Shown: positions 27,247 through 37,859, counted from the first letter of the stretch. The stretch: 64,000 nt of DNA from Candidatus Omnitrophota bacterium (GCA_903908245.1 CAIVRE010000017.1:133-64132); one strand, 5' to 3'. The notes: generated by a model not told the origin, from the sequence alone. Program-made: numbers and translations.

Positions 27247-27959
27247 TACTACCCGCGATCGATATAAAGAATGGCAAGGTTGTCAGGTTATACAAGGGGC
27301 AATTCGACAAAGTGACCGAGTATGGTTCTGACCCGGTCGATATGGCCAAGCACTGGCAGGACCTCGGGGCGCGTTATTTGCATGTGGTCGATCTTGACGG
27401 GGCTGAATCAGGCGAACGCCGGAACCAGGCGGCGATCAAGAAGATCGCCAGGGAAATCAAGATCCCTGTCCAGACCGGCGGCGGGATCCGGAATATTGAA
27501 GTGGTCGACGATTACCTGACAACGGGGATCACACGGGTCATTCTGGGGACAAGAGTGGTGGGGGACTGTGATTTTCTTGGCTCGCTGCTAAAAAAGTGGG
27601 ACGACCGTATCGCGGTCAGCCTGGATTGTTCCAACGGTTTCGTTGCCCAACGCGGATGGGTGGAAACATCCAATGTCAAGGGAGTGGACCTGGCGCGCCG
27701 GTTTGCGGCAATGGGCTTGAAATATGTGGTCTATACGGATATCGCCCGTGACGGGACTCTTAGCGGCCCGAATATTGACGGTTTAAAGGAGATCCTCAGT
27801 ATCGATGGACTTCAGGTCCTTGCATCAGGAGGTGTCAAATCGCTGGAAGACATTCAGGCGCTGATCGCTTTGAACGCCGTGAACTTATGGGGTGTTATAA
27901 CCGGTAAGGCTATTTATGAAGGCACGTTGGATATTACGCAAGCATTCAAACTATGTTGA
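27240..27959 (+). CDS. hisA: 1-(5-phosphoribosyl)-5-[(5-phosphoribosylamino)methylideneamino]imidazole-4-carboxamide isomerase
   Basis: 239 aa with [14 protein letters not shown] and a TIM-barrel fold. Confidence 0.9.
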
Positions 27960-28705
27960 CCAAACGGATCATTCCCTGTCTTGATGTGAAAGACGGCCGG
28001 GTGGTGAAGGGTGTAAATTTTGTGAACCTTCGTGACGCCGGCGATCCGGTGGACTGCGCCCGCGCGTATGATGCGGCCGGAGCGGATGAACTGGTGTTCC
28101 TTGATATTACGGCCAGTCACGAAGGCCGCAAGATATTTGTTGATGTGGTCAACCGCACGGCCGAGCAGGTTTTCATGCCGTTAACTGTCGGCGGAGGGAT
28201 CAATTCGATCGATGATATCCGGCTCCTGCTCAATGCCGGAGCGGACAAGGTCTCGATCAATACTTCTGCGGTCAAGACCCCCGGCCTTATTCGTGAAGCG
28301 GCGGACCGGTTCGGTTCGCAATGTATCGTTGTAGCTATTGATGCCCGGCGGATCGGGAATACCTGGAAAGTCTTTACGCATGGCGGACGCAATGAAACGG
28401 AGAAACAAGCCGAGTCATGGGCGCAGGAAGTTGTGAAGCTTGGTGCCGGCGAGATATTACTGACCAGTATGGATGCGGACGGGACCAAGAACGGTTTTGA
28501 CCTTCCGTTGACGAGCGCGGTATCTTCCGCCGTCAATGTCCCTGTCATTGCGTCCGGAGGGGCAGGGACGCTTGAACATTTTGCGGATGTCTTTACCAAA
28601 GCCGGCGCTGACGCCGGTCTCGCGGCATCCATTTTCCATTACGGCGAAATACCTATCAAGGATGTAAAAACATTTTTAAGAGGGCGCGGGATCAGTGTCC
28701 GTTAA
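27953..28705 (+). CDS. hisF: imidazole glycerol phosphate synthase cyclase subunit
   Basis: 250 aa with [16 protein letters not shown]. Confidence 0.9.
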   Translation: MLTKRIIPCLDVKDGRVVKGVNFVNLRDAGDPVDCARAYDAAGADELVFLDITASHEGRKIFVDVVNRTAEQVFMPLTVGGGINSIDDIRLLLNAGADKVSINTSAVKTPGLIREAADRFGSQCIVVAIDARRIGNTWKVFTHGGRNETEKQAESWAQEVVKLGAGEILLTSMDADGTKNGFDLPLTSAVSSAVNVPVIASGGAGTLEHFADVFTKAGADAGLAASIFHYGEIPIKDVKTFLRGRGISVR

Positions 28706-28714
28706 GAGCTTTTT

Positions 28715-30214
28715 ATGTATACAATGACAGAAAAAGAGTTCCTGGGATATTGCGGCCAAAGCCCGAGCATTGTCCCTGTTTACCGCGCGATCTACGGAGA
28801 TCTCGAAACGCCGGTTTCGGCATATTTAAAACTGGCGAAAGGCTCAAAATATTCATTCCTGCTTGAATCAGTGGAAGGCGGAGAAAAACTGGCCCGGTAT
28901 TCTTTCATCGCGCGGGACCCGGAGTGCATTATTCGCAGCAAGGGACGTGATGCCGAGGTCCTGACATTGAGAAAGGGCCGACTGACTGTCCAAAAGGCCG
29001 GTTTTGAGCGAACACCGATTGAGATCATCCGGCAGTTGCTAAATAAATATAATTTTGTTAATATATCTGGCCTTCCGCAGTTTTGCGGGGGTTTTGTAGG
29101 TTATCTGAGTTATGATGCCGTTCGGTTCTTTGAGAAATTACCCGATAATACTTCGGATGACCTGGCATTGCCGGACATGGTCATGATGCTGGCCAAAGAA
29201 ATGGTCATCTTCGATCATCTGCATCACACCTTAAAGCTGGTGTCCTGTGTCGAGGTCGATCCTGGCGATACGAGATCGGAAAAGCTGATAAAATTCAGAA
29301 AGGCCATGAAGGCGATCGGACGTCTGGAATCCGGGCTTGCAGTGGCATTGCCCAGACCAGGCAAGCCCCGGAAGACCTCCAGGTTCAAGGTCCGTTCAAA
29401 CTGTTCCAAGGCCCATTTTGAACAGATGGTGATTAAAGCCAAGGAAGAGATCCAGAAAGGCGAGATCATCCAGGTGGTGTTATCCCAGCGACTTGAAATG
29501 GAAGTCCGCGTGTCTCCGGTCAGCCTTTACCGTACATTGCGCGCTCTTAATCCGTCGCCTTATATGTATCTGCTGGATCTTGACGGGATCGCGGTGGTCG
29601 GGTCATCGCCCGAGATGCTGGTGCGTTGTGAGCACGGGCTGGTGGAAACACGCCCTATTGCAGGGACCCGTCCAAGAGGGAGATCTCCGCAGGAAGATGA
29701 CAGGCTTGAGAAAGAACTGTTGTCCGACCCCAAAGAGGTCGCCGAACATGTAATGCTGGTGGACCTCGGGCGCAATGACCTTGGCCGGGTTTGCCGTGAA
29801 GGATCGGTCAAGGTGAATGACCTGATGTCGATCGAGCGATATTCCCATGTGATGCACATCGTCTCGAACGTTCAGGGGCGGCTGAGGGAAGGGCAAGATT
29901 CTGTTTCAGCGCTGGAAGCGGTTTTCCCCGCGGGAACCCTTTCCGGCGCGCCCAAGATCCGCGCGATGGAGATCATTGACGGTCTTGAGACCACACGACG
30001 CGGGCCTTATGGCGGATGTGTGGGGTATTTCAGTTTTTCCGGTGATCTGGATATGTGCATCACTATCCGGACGATCGTGTTAACGAAGAATAAAGCATAT
30101 ATTCAGGTTGGCGCCGGGATCGTGGCTGATTCCGACCCGTCCAGGGAATATGCGGAAACAATGAATAAAGCAGGAGCGCAGCTGAAAGCGCTTGAATTGT
30201 CTATTAAAAGGTAA
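28715..30214 (+). CDS. trpE: anthranilate synthase component I family protein (TrpE/PabB)
   Basis: 499 aa with a chorismate-binding domain (GAPKIRAMEIID, GGCVGYFSFSGDLD). The TrpE versus PabB assignment is uncertain. Confidence 0.8.
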   Translation: MYTMTEKEFLGYCGQSPSIVPVYRAIYGDLETPVSAYLKLAKGSKYSFLLESVEGGEKLARYSFIARDPECIIRSKGRDAEVLTLRKGRLTVQKAGFERTPIEIIRQLLNKYNFVNISGLPQFCGGFVGYLSYDAVRFFEKLPDNTSDDLALPDMVMMLAKEMVIFDHLHHTLKLVSCVEVDPGDTRSEKLIKFRKAMKAIGRLESGLAVALPRPGKPRKTSRFKVRSNCSKAHFEQMVIKAKEEIQKGEIIQVVLSQRLEMEVRVSPVSLYRTLRALNPSPYMYLLDLDGIAVVGSSPEMLVRCEHGLVETRPIAGTRPRGRSPQEDDRLEKELLSDPKEVAEHVMLVDLGRNDLGRVCREGSVKVNDLMSIERYSHVMHIVSNVQGRLREGQDSVSALEAVFPAGTLSGAPKIRAMEIIDGLETTRRGPYGGCVGYFSFSGDLDMCITIRTIVLTKNKAYIQVGAGIVADSDPSREYAETMNKAGAQLKALELSIKR

Positions 30215-30254
30215 GCCGTGACCGGCTTACGCATAAAACACAAAAGGAGTAACG

Positions 30255-30506
30255 ATGGAAGTTAAGATCAGAATGCAGAAGGCCGGCGATCCCGCCCAGA
30301 AAAATCACAATTGGCGTATTGTGGTCATCCCCAAGAGCTATCCGCGCGACGGGCGTGTGCTTGAGATCATCGGGTATTATGACCCGTCCAAGAAACCTGC
30401 GGTTTACAAGATCGATACCGCCAAGGCCGACACCTGGATCAAGAAGGGTGCGACCATGACGGATACTGTCCGTTCGCTTTACAACAAGACAAAAAAAGCC
30501 AAGTAA
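30255..30506 (+). CDS. rpsP: 30S ribosomal protein S16
   Basis: 83 aa. MEVKIRMQKAG...WRIVV...RDGR.LE.IG.YDP is typical of S16. Confidence 0.9.
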   Translation: MEVKIRMQKAGDPAQKNHNWRIVVIPKSYPRDGRVLEIIGYYDPSKKPAVYKIDTAKADTWIKKGATMTDTVRSLYNKTKKAK

Positions 30507-30562
30507 CCTTAATCCGTCTTTGGCCGGGCTTGAAGTTTTAATCTGCCTGTTATCAGGCATTA

Positions 30563-30856
30563 ATGGAGCTGATCATGCAACCGCAACAGTCGAATATGTT
30601 CATCCAACTTGTTCCGATGGTGCTTATTTTCGGGATCTTCTATTTCCTGGTGATCCGCCCTGAAAAGCAGAAACAAAAGAACCACCAGGAATTATTAAAA
30701 AACCTGCGCAAGAATGACGAAGTCCTGACTTCTGCCGGCATCCACGGGATCGTGGTCAATGTGAAGGACAAAACCGTTGTCCTCAGGCTCGACGAGAATG
30801 TGCGCGTGGAATTTGAAAAAGAAGCGGTCACATCCGTTATTAAAAAAGGCGAATAA
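30563..30856 (+). CDS. yajC: preprotein translocase subunit YajC
   Basis: 97 aa with a single TM helix, followed by the motif L..L.KGD.V.T.GG..G.V. Confidence 0.85.
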   Translation: MELIMQPQQSNMFIQLVPMVLIFGIFYFLVIRPEKQKQKNHQELLKNLRKNDEVLTSAGIHGIVVNVKDKTVVLRLDENVRVEFEKEAVTSVIKKGE

Positions 30857-30872
30857 CTAATAAGGATCTCTC

Positions 30873-33083
30873 ATGTCTAAAGCATTGCTTAACAGATTCT
30901 ATTTGATCATTGGTGTTATCGCGGCCTGTTTATTCTTCGCGTTGCCGCTCGAGAAACGCATTAACCTTGGGCTGGACTTGCGCGGGGGTATGCACCTTAT
31001 CATGAAGGTGGATACATCCAAATTGTCCGAAAATGCGAAATCGGATGCTGTGGTGCGGGCGATGGAGATCCTTCGCAATCGTATCGACTCCCTTGGGGTC
31101 GGTGAAACCGTTGTCCAGCGCCAGGGAGAAGACCAGATCCTGGTCCAGTTGCCCGGTGTGACCGACCGTGACAAAGCGGTCGACATGGTTAAACGCGTCG
31201 CCCATTTGGAGTTCAGGGTCGTCAAAGAAGACCCTGTTCTTTTTAAAGAAGCGATGGCCGGCAAGCCGGTTGAGGGTTACGAGATCAAATATGTGAAAGG
31301 CGCCAAGGCGGAGCCTCTGCTTCTGGAAGCCAATGCCTCCATGCAGGGCGACTCCATATCGGATGCCAAGGTTGATTTTGACCAAAGTTCATTCTATCCC
31401 AAGATCTCCCTGACATTCAACAGCCAGGGGGCCAAGGATTTTGCCGAACTGACACAAAAGCATGTCGGAGAACGTTTGGCGATCGTGATGGACGGGGAGG
31501 TCCTGTCCGCCCCTAATATTCGCGAAGCGATCCTGACAGGGACCGCGGAGATCACCGGGCAATTCAACGATGCGGAATCATCAATGCTCGCGCTTGCACT
31601 TCGTTCAGGTTCTTTGCCTGTGCCGATGTCGATCGAGGAAGAACGCACGATCGGCCCGCTGTTAGGCAAAGATTCCATAGACTCCGGGATCAAGGCGATG
31701 GTCATCGGAATGGCGGCGGTCTTTGTATTCATGATCTTTTATTATTTTATCGGCGGGATCATTGCGTCAATGGGGCTTTTCTTGAACCTCTTGATCACCA
31801 TCGGGACCATGGGTTTTATCAATGTCATGATGCCCGGGTCTCAAGTAACCATGACATTACCAGGTATCGCAGGTCTGGCGCTTACACTTGGTATGGCGGT
31901 CGATGCCAACGTGCTTATTAATGAACGTATCCGCGAAGAAGTTGACAATGGCAAGGCGCTTGTATCGGCGATCAATACCGGTTATGACCGTGCCTTTTCA
32001 GCTATCTTCGACTCCCATGTCACATCCCTTATTGCTTCGTTCATGTTGTTCCAGTTCGGTTCAGGCCCGATCAAGGGTTTTGCGATCACGCTTTCCATCG
32101 GTCTTTTGGCGAGTTTGTTCACGACGGTTTATGTCACTCGCACGGCATTCCTTTTCCTTATTGAACAGAACTGGATCAAATCCCTGCGGATGCAGCATTG
32201 GATCAAAGCGCCCAAGATCGACTTTCTCAAGGCGGCGCCGATCTTTATTGTCTTTTCACTGGTTATCAGCGTTGTCGGATTGGGAAGTATTGTCATGAAA
32301 AAGAACCAGGCCTATGGCATCGATTTCTCCGGAGGACAGGTGCAGCAGTACCGCTTTGCCAAGCCGGTCTCTGCGGAAAGCGTCCGCAAGGTCATAAAAG
32401 ACGGCGGGGTTACGGACGCCATCATCCAGCAGTTTGATAAGAACCCGGAGAACGTCCTTATCCGGACTTCGGAAGATACTTACGAAAAAGTCCAGGCCGC
32501 ATTCAAGGCGGAATTCAAGGATAACAAGTTCGAAACTTTAAGGATCGAGAAAGTCGGCCCGGTGGTAGGAAAACACCTGCGCCAACAGGCGATTTGGGCG
32601 CTTCTCCTGGCCCTTGGTGGTATCTTGATCTATCTGGGTTTCAGGTTCAAACATTACGATTTTGCGTTTGCGGGCGTTGTTGCCCTCTTGCATGATGTCA
32701 TTATTGCCATGGGGCTTACCGTATTTTTTGGCCGGCAGATCGACCTTTTAATGATCACGGCGCTGTTGACCGTGGCAGGTTATTCGATCAATGATACGAT
32801 CGTTATATACGATCGTGTCCGTGAGAATTTCAACAAGACCGGCCGAAAGGGAACTCTGGCTGAAGTCATCAACCTGAGTATCAATCAAACCCTCGGGCGT
32901 ACGTTACTGACCACCTTCGTGACCATGCTGGTCGTCTTCGCGCTCTTTTTCCTGGGGGGCGAGGTGCTCAACACGTTCTCACTGACGTTATTGATCGGGT
33001 TCACAGCGGGGATCTATTCCACGATCATGGTGGTTTCCCCCATAGTTGTATGGTCGCAAAAGTTCACCAAAAAATCATGGTGA
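30873..33083 (+). CDS. secDF: protein translocase subunit SecDF (fused)
   Basis: 736 aa. The SecD periplasmic domain plus 6 TM segments is followed by the SecF half. Confidence 0.9.
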   Translation: MSKALLNRFYLIIGVIAACLFFALPLEKRINLGLDLRGGMHLIMKVDTSKLSENAKSDAVVRAMEILRNRIDSLGVGETVVQRQGEDQILVQLPGVTDRDKAVDMVKRVAHLEFRVVKEDPVLFKEAMAGKPVEGYEIKYVKGAKAEPLLLEANASMQGDSISDAKVDFDQSSFYPKISLTFNSQGAKDFAELTQKHVGERLAIVMDGEVLSAPNIREAILTGTAEITGQFNDAESSMLALALRSGSLPVPMSIEEERTIGPLLGKDSIDSGIKAMVIGMAAVFVFMIFYYFIGGIIASMGLFLNLLITIGTMGFINVMMPGSQVTMTLPGIAGLALTLGMAVDANVLINERIREEVDNGKALVSAINTGYDRAFSAIFDSHVTSLIASFMLFQFGSGPIKGFAITLSIGLLASLFTTVYVTRTAFLFLIEQNWIKSLRMQHWIKAPKIDFLKAAPIFIVFSLVISVVGLGSIVMKKNQAYGIDFSGGQVQQYRFAKPVSAESVRKVIKDGGVTDAIIQQFDKNPENVLIRTSEDTYEKVQAAFKAEFKDNKFETLRIEKVGPVVGKHLRQQAIWALLLALGGILIYLGFRFKHYDFAFAGVVALLHDVIIAMGLTVFFGRQIDLLMITALLTVAGYSINDTIVIYDRVRENFNKTGRKGTLAEVINLSINQTLGRTLLTTFVTMLVVFALFFLGGEVLNTFSLTLLIGFTAGIYSTIMVVSPIVVWSQKFTKKSW

Positions 33084-33102
33084 CAGAATAGAAGTTATTA
33101 AT

Positions 33103-33146
33103 GAGCCCCGGGACAGCATGGTTGTACCCGGGGTTCATTGTTTATC
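33103..33146 (+). terminator. putative rho-independent terminator after secDF
   Basis: A GC-rich hairpin GAGCCCCGGGACA-loop-TGT(A)CCCGGGGTTC is followed by ATTGTTTAT. It begins 20 nt after the secDF stop. Confidence 0.5.
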
Positions 33147-33246
33147 TGAGACAGTTGTTAAAGGGCAATTCTTTCCCCTGTTCTTTCAAAGGGATCCTAA
33201 GGTTTTCTGATAGGCAATGAAATAACTGATAGAAAAAGGTACCTGG

Positions 33247-34947
33247 ATGTCTATCCGTTCTAAGAAAAAGATATCTATTCCCATCGCGAAGCCTGTAGTT
33301 GAGAAAAAGAATGAACTCTTGGCTCGACTATCAAGGTGGGGGCTTTTTATTTTATTCGCACTGGGGCTCGCTTTGCGTCTTTATCATCTGAACCGGAATG
33401 TTTTTTATTTCTACGATGAAGGGATGTATTTGAACAGTGGGCGTATTCTTCTTAATCCTCTTATCGGTAATCCGTCGCAGGGTTTGGGGACAATCCTTTC
33501 CAATATCCAGCATTGGTTTTCTTTGGCGACCCAAACCGACAGACCCTTGTGGCAGCTCATGGTTGATTCCCGGATCTTATTGGGTGCAACACAGGAATAT
33601 TGGTGTGTTCGGGGTATATCGTTCGTGATGGGACTTGGGGCTCTGGTCGTGCTTTACCACTTTTCCTGGCGACTTTTCAGCTCCAGATCGACAGCGATTT
33701 TAAGCGTCTTGTTTTTGCTCTTTCTTCCGAGCCACCTCTTTTATTCAAGATCCGGACTCCCGGAAGCCGCCACGACATTTTTCGTTATTTCGGGTTTCTA
33801 TTTTTATTGCTTCCCTCGGTCACTCGGGCCAAGGACATTCCTGGCCGGGCTCTTTTTCACATGTGCTTTCTTTACGAATTATCGCCTGCTTATATTGCCA
33901 ATCTTAACGTTTGCAGGAGAGTTCCTTTTAAGTAAGGCCGAAGAACGCTCTCTTGATCTCAAGAAATGGGGATGGACCGTTGCCATCTTCGGAGTGTTTA
34001 TTCTTCTAGCATGTTTGAACAATCGCGGTGAGTATTTTATTGTAACATCCGGCTGGATGTGGCATCAGGTCGGACTTGCTGTCAACCATTTCGCGTGGGG
34101 CAATATCTTTACTTATCCATATGGCCTCTTCCGTCTGGAAAGCTGGGCATTTGGCCTTCTCTTTTCCGGCGGAATATACTTCGTCTGGAAAAAAGACTGG
34201 CTTAAGGCATTCCCTTTTATCCTTGTTTGTTTCTGGATGACGATGTTCTCTTTTTCTTCGGACAAAGCGCTAAGGTACATGTCAGCCGTACTGCCTTTTA
34301 TGGCCTTAAGCGCTGCTGTCGCTGCGGTGGCAGTGCTTGAATCGGGAACACGCAAGTTCTTTCGTCAAATCGTTATTGTCCTGGTGATCATTGCCATCGG
34401 GACAATGGCGTTTAAATCGTTCCAGCTGGTCATTAATCAATCGCATCATAAGCGGCTGCATCAATATTTAACGAATCTGGACCCGAAAGCGAAGATCGTT
34501 TCAACACAGCCGATGATCCTTGGCCTTGATTACGACGATATTCATCAAATCATCTCTTGCCCTGGAATTAAAGAACCTTCATTCCTGGAATTGCCGGAGA
34601 ACGGATTTAACTATTTGGTACTTGGGCCACAGGCATATGTTTCCTGGACCGCAAGCGGTATCAGCTTTGATGGCGAATTAGGAGGGTTTCTCCGGTTCTT
34701 TGATAAGAAGGTAAGGCCATTAAACGTTTTCCCACATATGAACAAAACAATGCTGGAGCGTTTTGTTTTTGAGCATAATCAAAACTTGATGAGCTCCATT
34801 ACTTTTCTTGAGAAAGCCACTGATCATGCCGGTGAGCGCCGTGTTTATGATATCCAGCAAGGATTGGAACTGCTGGAAAAGGCGACTCATTTAGCCGAAG
34901 AAATGCAAAGCGTGAAAAAAATTAGAACTTCCGCTGCGAACCGGTAG
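33247..34947 (+). CDS. GT-C family glycosyltransferase (GT39/PMT-like) membrane protein
   Basis: 566 aa with about 11 TM helices. A YFYDEGMY loop-1 DE motif follows the first TM helix, and there is a C-terminal soluble domain. Confidence 0.6.
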   Translation: MSIRSKKKISIPIAKPVVEKKNELLARLSRWGLFILFALGLALRLYHLNRNVFYFYDEGMYLNSGRILLNPLIGNPSQGLGTILSNIQHWFSLATQTDRPLWQLMVDSRILLGATQEYWCVRGISFVMGLGALVVLYHFSWRLFSSRSTAILSVLFLLFLPSHLFYSRSGLPEAATTFFVISGFYFYCFPRSLGPRTFLAGLFFTCAFFTNYRLLILPILTFAGEFLLSKAEERSLDLKKWGWTVAIFGVFILLACLNNRGEYFIVTSGWMWHQVGLAVNHFAWGNIFTYPYGLFRLESWAFGLLFSGGIYFVWKKDWLKAFPFILVCFWMTMFSFSSDKALRYMSAVLPFMALSAAVAAVAVLESGTRKFFRQIVIVLVIIAIGTMAFKSFQLVINQSHHKRLHQYLTNLDPKAKIVSTQPMILGLDYDDIHQIISCPGIKEPSFLELPENGFNYLVLGPQAYVSWTASGISFDGELGGFLRFFDKKVRPLNVFPHMNKTMLERFVFEHNQNLMSSITFLEKATDHAGERRVYDIQQGLELLEKATHLAEEMQSVKKIRTSAANR

Positions 34948-34954
34948 ATCTATA

Positions 34955-36943
34955 TTGGCCAGACGAATACAATTCTCTTCCGGATCAGGCGAAGTTCGCT
35001 TTTGTTCACATTTTATGTTTTATTCTTTAAAATACTTCGTTAGCCAGACCTTATCATTTGAGACCATCCAGGCGGATATCGCCGGGTTCGGTTATGAACG
35101 GGAGAAGTCTGCGTGCGAAGAGGGCCGTTATACGGTCCGCGGCAGCATCATCGATATATTCCCTGTCAATTTCGATTCTCCCATCCGCATCGACCTTGAA
35201 GACGACAAGGTGCGCGCCATTTATTCATTCAATCTGACGACGGGAAAGAACATTTGGGAACATAAAGCTGTCATCATCCTTCCGGCGCGTAAACGGACGG
35301 AAAAGGGCGAAGGCGGATTCCGATCCGAAATGCCGCTCAATAATTTTGTTGATATCGAGCGGGGAGATTATGTCGTGCACAATATGCATGGCATCGGGAA
35401 ATATCTGGGAGTTAAAGAATTTGATATCGATCTCGGGAAGGTCGAACATTTTGTCATTGAGTACCAGGGAGGAGACAAGCTCTATGTGCCTAAAAGGGAC
35501 TTGCACCTGGTCCAGAAATATGTAGGTTTTAGCAAAAAACCTCCAAGATTGTTCAAACTGGGCAGCCGTGAATGGGAAAAAGTCCGCCGCATGATCGAAA
35601 AACGCATCCAGCGCCTGGCGGCAGAACTCCTGCATGTTCAGGCGTTGCGCGAAAGCCTGCGCGGGCATCCATTTTGCGCAGACGTCCCGTGGCAAACGGA
35701 TTTTGAAAAAACCTTTCCTTTCATTGAAACTCCGGACCAGCTTAAGGCGACTTTGGAGGTCAAAGCGGACATGGAGCGGGATCGCCCGATGGACCGGCTT
35801 TTGTGCGGAGATGTGGGCTACGGCAAGACCGAAGTTGCAATGCGTGCGGCTTTTAAAGCTGTAATGGACGGGAAACAAGTGGCTGTATTGGTCCCGACCA
35901 CTGTCCTTGCGGAACAACATTACTATAATTTTTCAAAGCGCATGAACAATTTCCCGGTCAGGATCGGCATGGTGAGCCGGTTCCGCAGCAAAGCGGAACA
36001 ATTGGCCATTGTCAAAGAAGCTGTCGAAGGCAAGATCGATATCCTGATCGGGACGCACCGCCTTCTTTCCAAGGATGTCTCATTCAAGGACCTTGGCCTG
36101 ATCATCATCGACGAAGAACAGCGTTTTGGGGTGCAGGCCAAAGAACGCCTGAAACACATGAAAATGCTGGCAGATGTCCTGACCCTGACGGCAACACCCA
36201 TCCCGCGGACACTTTATATGGCTCTGGCCGGCTCCCGCGACATGTCGGTCATTACAACGCCTCCGCAAAACCGTATTCCCGTTTCAACACATATGATCGA
36301 TTTTAACGAAGAGATCATCAATGATGCCATCCGTAAAGAACTGGCCCGCGGCGGACAGGTTTTCTTTTTGCACAATCATATTGAAGACATCACACCCGTA
36401 GCCGGGATCATTACACGCCTTGTCCCCAAAGCCCGCCTGGCAGTAGGCCATGGCCAAATGCCGGGAAAAGAACTGGAAAGCATCATGCTCAAGTTTCTTA
36501 AGGGTGAGATTGATGTTTTAGTGTGTACCACTATAATAGAATCGGGTATCGACATCCCGAACGCAAATACGCTGATCGTGAACCGGGCGGAACGTTTTGG
36601 CCTTTCGGACCTTCATCAGCTCAGGGGCCGGGTAGGTCGAATGGATGTGAAAGCATTCGCCTATTTTATTGTCCCGGACAAGTTGTTGTTGTCAACGGTG
36701 GCCAAACGCCGGTTGAAGGCACTTGAAAAATTCGCTGACCTCGGCGCGGGATTCAATATCGCTTTTGAAGATCTTCAGATCCGGGGAGCCGGGAACTTGC
36801 TGGGAGAACAGCAACACGGGTATATATCCAGTATCGGGTTCGACCTGTATTGCCGGCTCCTTAAAGAGTCAGTGGAAAATATAAAAAAAGAAGCTCTTTT
36901 ATCCAAAAAAGGGAGAACCGATGAGATCGCGAAATATCCTTAG
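34955..36943 (+). CDS. mfd: transcription-repair coupling factor Mfd, unusually short form
   Basis: 662 aa. A UvrB-homology D2-like segment (GYEREK...RGSIIDIFP) is joined directly to the RNAP-interacting CarD/TRCF domain (RGDYVVHNMHGIGKYLGV). SF2 helicase motifs follow (GDVGYGKTEVAMRAAF, DEEQRFG, QLRGRVGR), then the TRG motif, and the protein ends about 25 aa later. Confidence 0.8.
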   Translation: MARRIQFSSGSGEVRFCSHFMFYSLKYFVSQTLSFETIQADIAGFGYEREKSACEEGRYTVRGSIIDIFPVNFDSPIRIDLEDDKVRAIYSFNLTTGKNIWEHKAVIILPARKRTEKGEGGFRSEMPLNNFVDIERGDYVVHNMHGIGKYLGVKEFDIDLGKVEHFVIEYQGGDKLYVPKRDLHLVQKYVGFSKKPPRLFKLGSREWEKVRRMIEKRIQRLAAELLHVQALRESLRGHPFCADVPWQTDFEKTFPFIETPDQLKATLEVKADMERDRPMDRLLCGDVGYGKTEVAMRAAFKAVMDGKQVAVLVPTTVLAEQHYYNFSKRMNNFPVRIGMVSRFRSKAEQLAIVKEAVEGKIDILIGTHRLLSKDVSFKDLGLIIIDEEQRFGVQAKERLKHMKMLADVLTLTATPIPRTLYMALAGSRDMSVITTPPQNRIPVSTHMIDFNEEIINDAIRKELARGGQVFFLHNHIEDITPVAGIITRLVPKARLAVGHGQMPGKELESIMLKFLKGEIDVLVCTTIIESGIDIPNANTLIVNRAERFGLSDLHQLRGRVGRMDVKAFAYFIVPDKLLLSTVAKRRLKALEKFADLGAGFNIAFEDLQIRGAGNLLGEQQHGYISSIGFDLYCRLLKESVENIKKEALLSKKGRTDEIAKYP

Positions 36944-37859
36944 TATCATTATCCTGGGCATTATTTTTATGGCCCCGGCAATCCCGGCATACGCGATCGA
37001 TGACGCCATTCTTGCGGTCGTCAATGACGAGGTCATTACGGTCAAGGACCTGAAGGAATACATGAAGAGCGTTTTCGCCCAGCTCAAGATCGAGGGGCGT
37101 TCGCCACAGGAGATCAACGAGGTCATGTCCCAGTACGAAAATAAAGGGATCGAGCAGCTTATTGAGGACCGTCTCATCCTTTCAGCCGCCGAGAAAGCGG
37201 GCGTTATGATCCGTCCAAAAGCGGTCGATGACCGGCTTGAGGAGATCAAAAAGAAATACCCGTCCTATCAGGAATTCTTGGAATCGATCAAGAACGAGGG
37301 GTTGACCATTACCGATATCCGTAAAAAGATCGAGTCCCAGATCAAGGGGCAGGCGATGGTGAGCACGGAGGTCCGTTCCAAGGTCTATGTCAATCCGCAG
37401 GAAGTGACCGATTATTTTGCGCTACATGCACAGGAGTATTCCAAGAAAGCCCGGGTTTACGTTGAGACCATATTCGTGAAATCCGCTTTCGGGAAAGATG
37501 AGGCCAGAAAAAAGATCGATGACGCGCTTGCTGCAGTCCGAAACGGCCTGGATTTCAGGGCAGCTATCGGAAAATATTCCGAACTCCCATCTGTCGGCGA
37601 GATCGCACTCGACCAGCTGCGACCCGAGTTCAAGGAACGGATCGATAAAATGAACGTCGGCGATTTCTCGGAAGTCATTGAAGTGCCCAATGGGTTTTAT
37701 CTGATCAAGCTCGAAGGGCGCGCCGAAGCCTCAAACGCCCTTCTCAATGAAGTCAAAGACCGTATTTATCAGGATATTTTTGAGAACAAGTTCCGTGAAC
37801 GGTTCAAGTCCTGGATCGAAAACCTTCGTAAAAAAGCTTATGTTGAAGTCAAACAATAG
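36921..37859 (+). CDS. SurA-like periplasmic chaperone / parvulin-type peptidyl-prolyl isomerase
   Basis: 312 aa with a signal peptide, a SurA_N-like domain and a PpiC rotamase domain (FSEVIEVPNGFYLIKLEGR). Confidence 0.75.
   Translation: MRSRNILSIIILGIIFMAPAIPAYAIDDAILAVVNDEVITVKDLKEYMKSVFAQLKIEGRSPQEINEVMSQYENKGIEQLIEDRLILSAAEKAGVMIRPKAVDDRLEEIKKKYPSYQEFLESIKNEGLTITDIRKKIESQIKGQAMVSTEVRSKVYVNPQEVTDYFALHAQEYSKKARVYVETIFVKSAFGKDEARKKIDDALAAVRNGLDFRAAIGKYSELPSVGEIALDQLRPEFKERIDKMNVGDFSEVIEVPNGFYLIKLEGRAEASNALLNEVKDRIYQDIFENKFRERFKSWIENLRKKAYVEVKQ

Noticed and set aside
28706-28714. Riboswitches or attenuators upstream of the his genes, trpE, pdxA, pdxJ and folP
   Set aside because: These genes are joined by overlaps or gaps of fewer than 15 nt, which leaves no room for leader RNAs.
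30507-30562. A short hairpin TGCCTG-TTAT-CAGGCA between rpsP and yajC as a terminator
   Set aside because: The stem is only 6 bp with no U-tract, and it sits immediately before the yajC RBS. More likely it is incidental or a minor mRNA structure.
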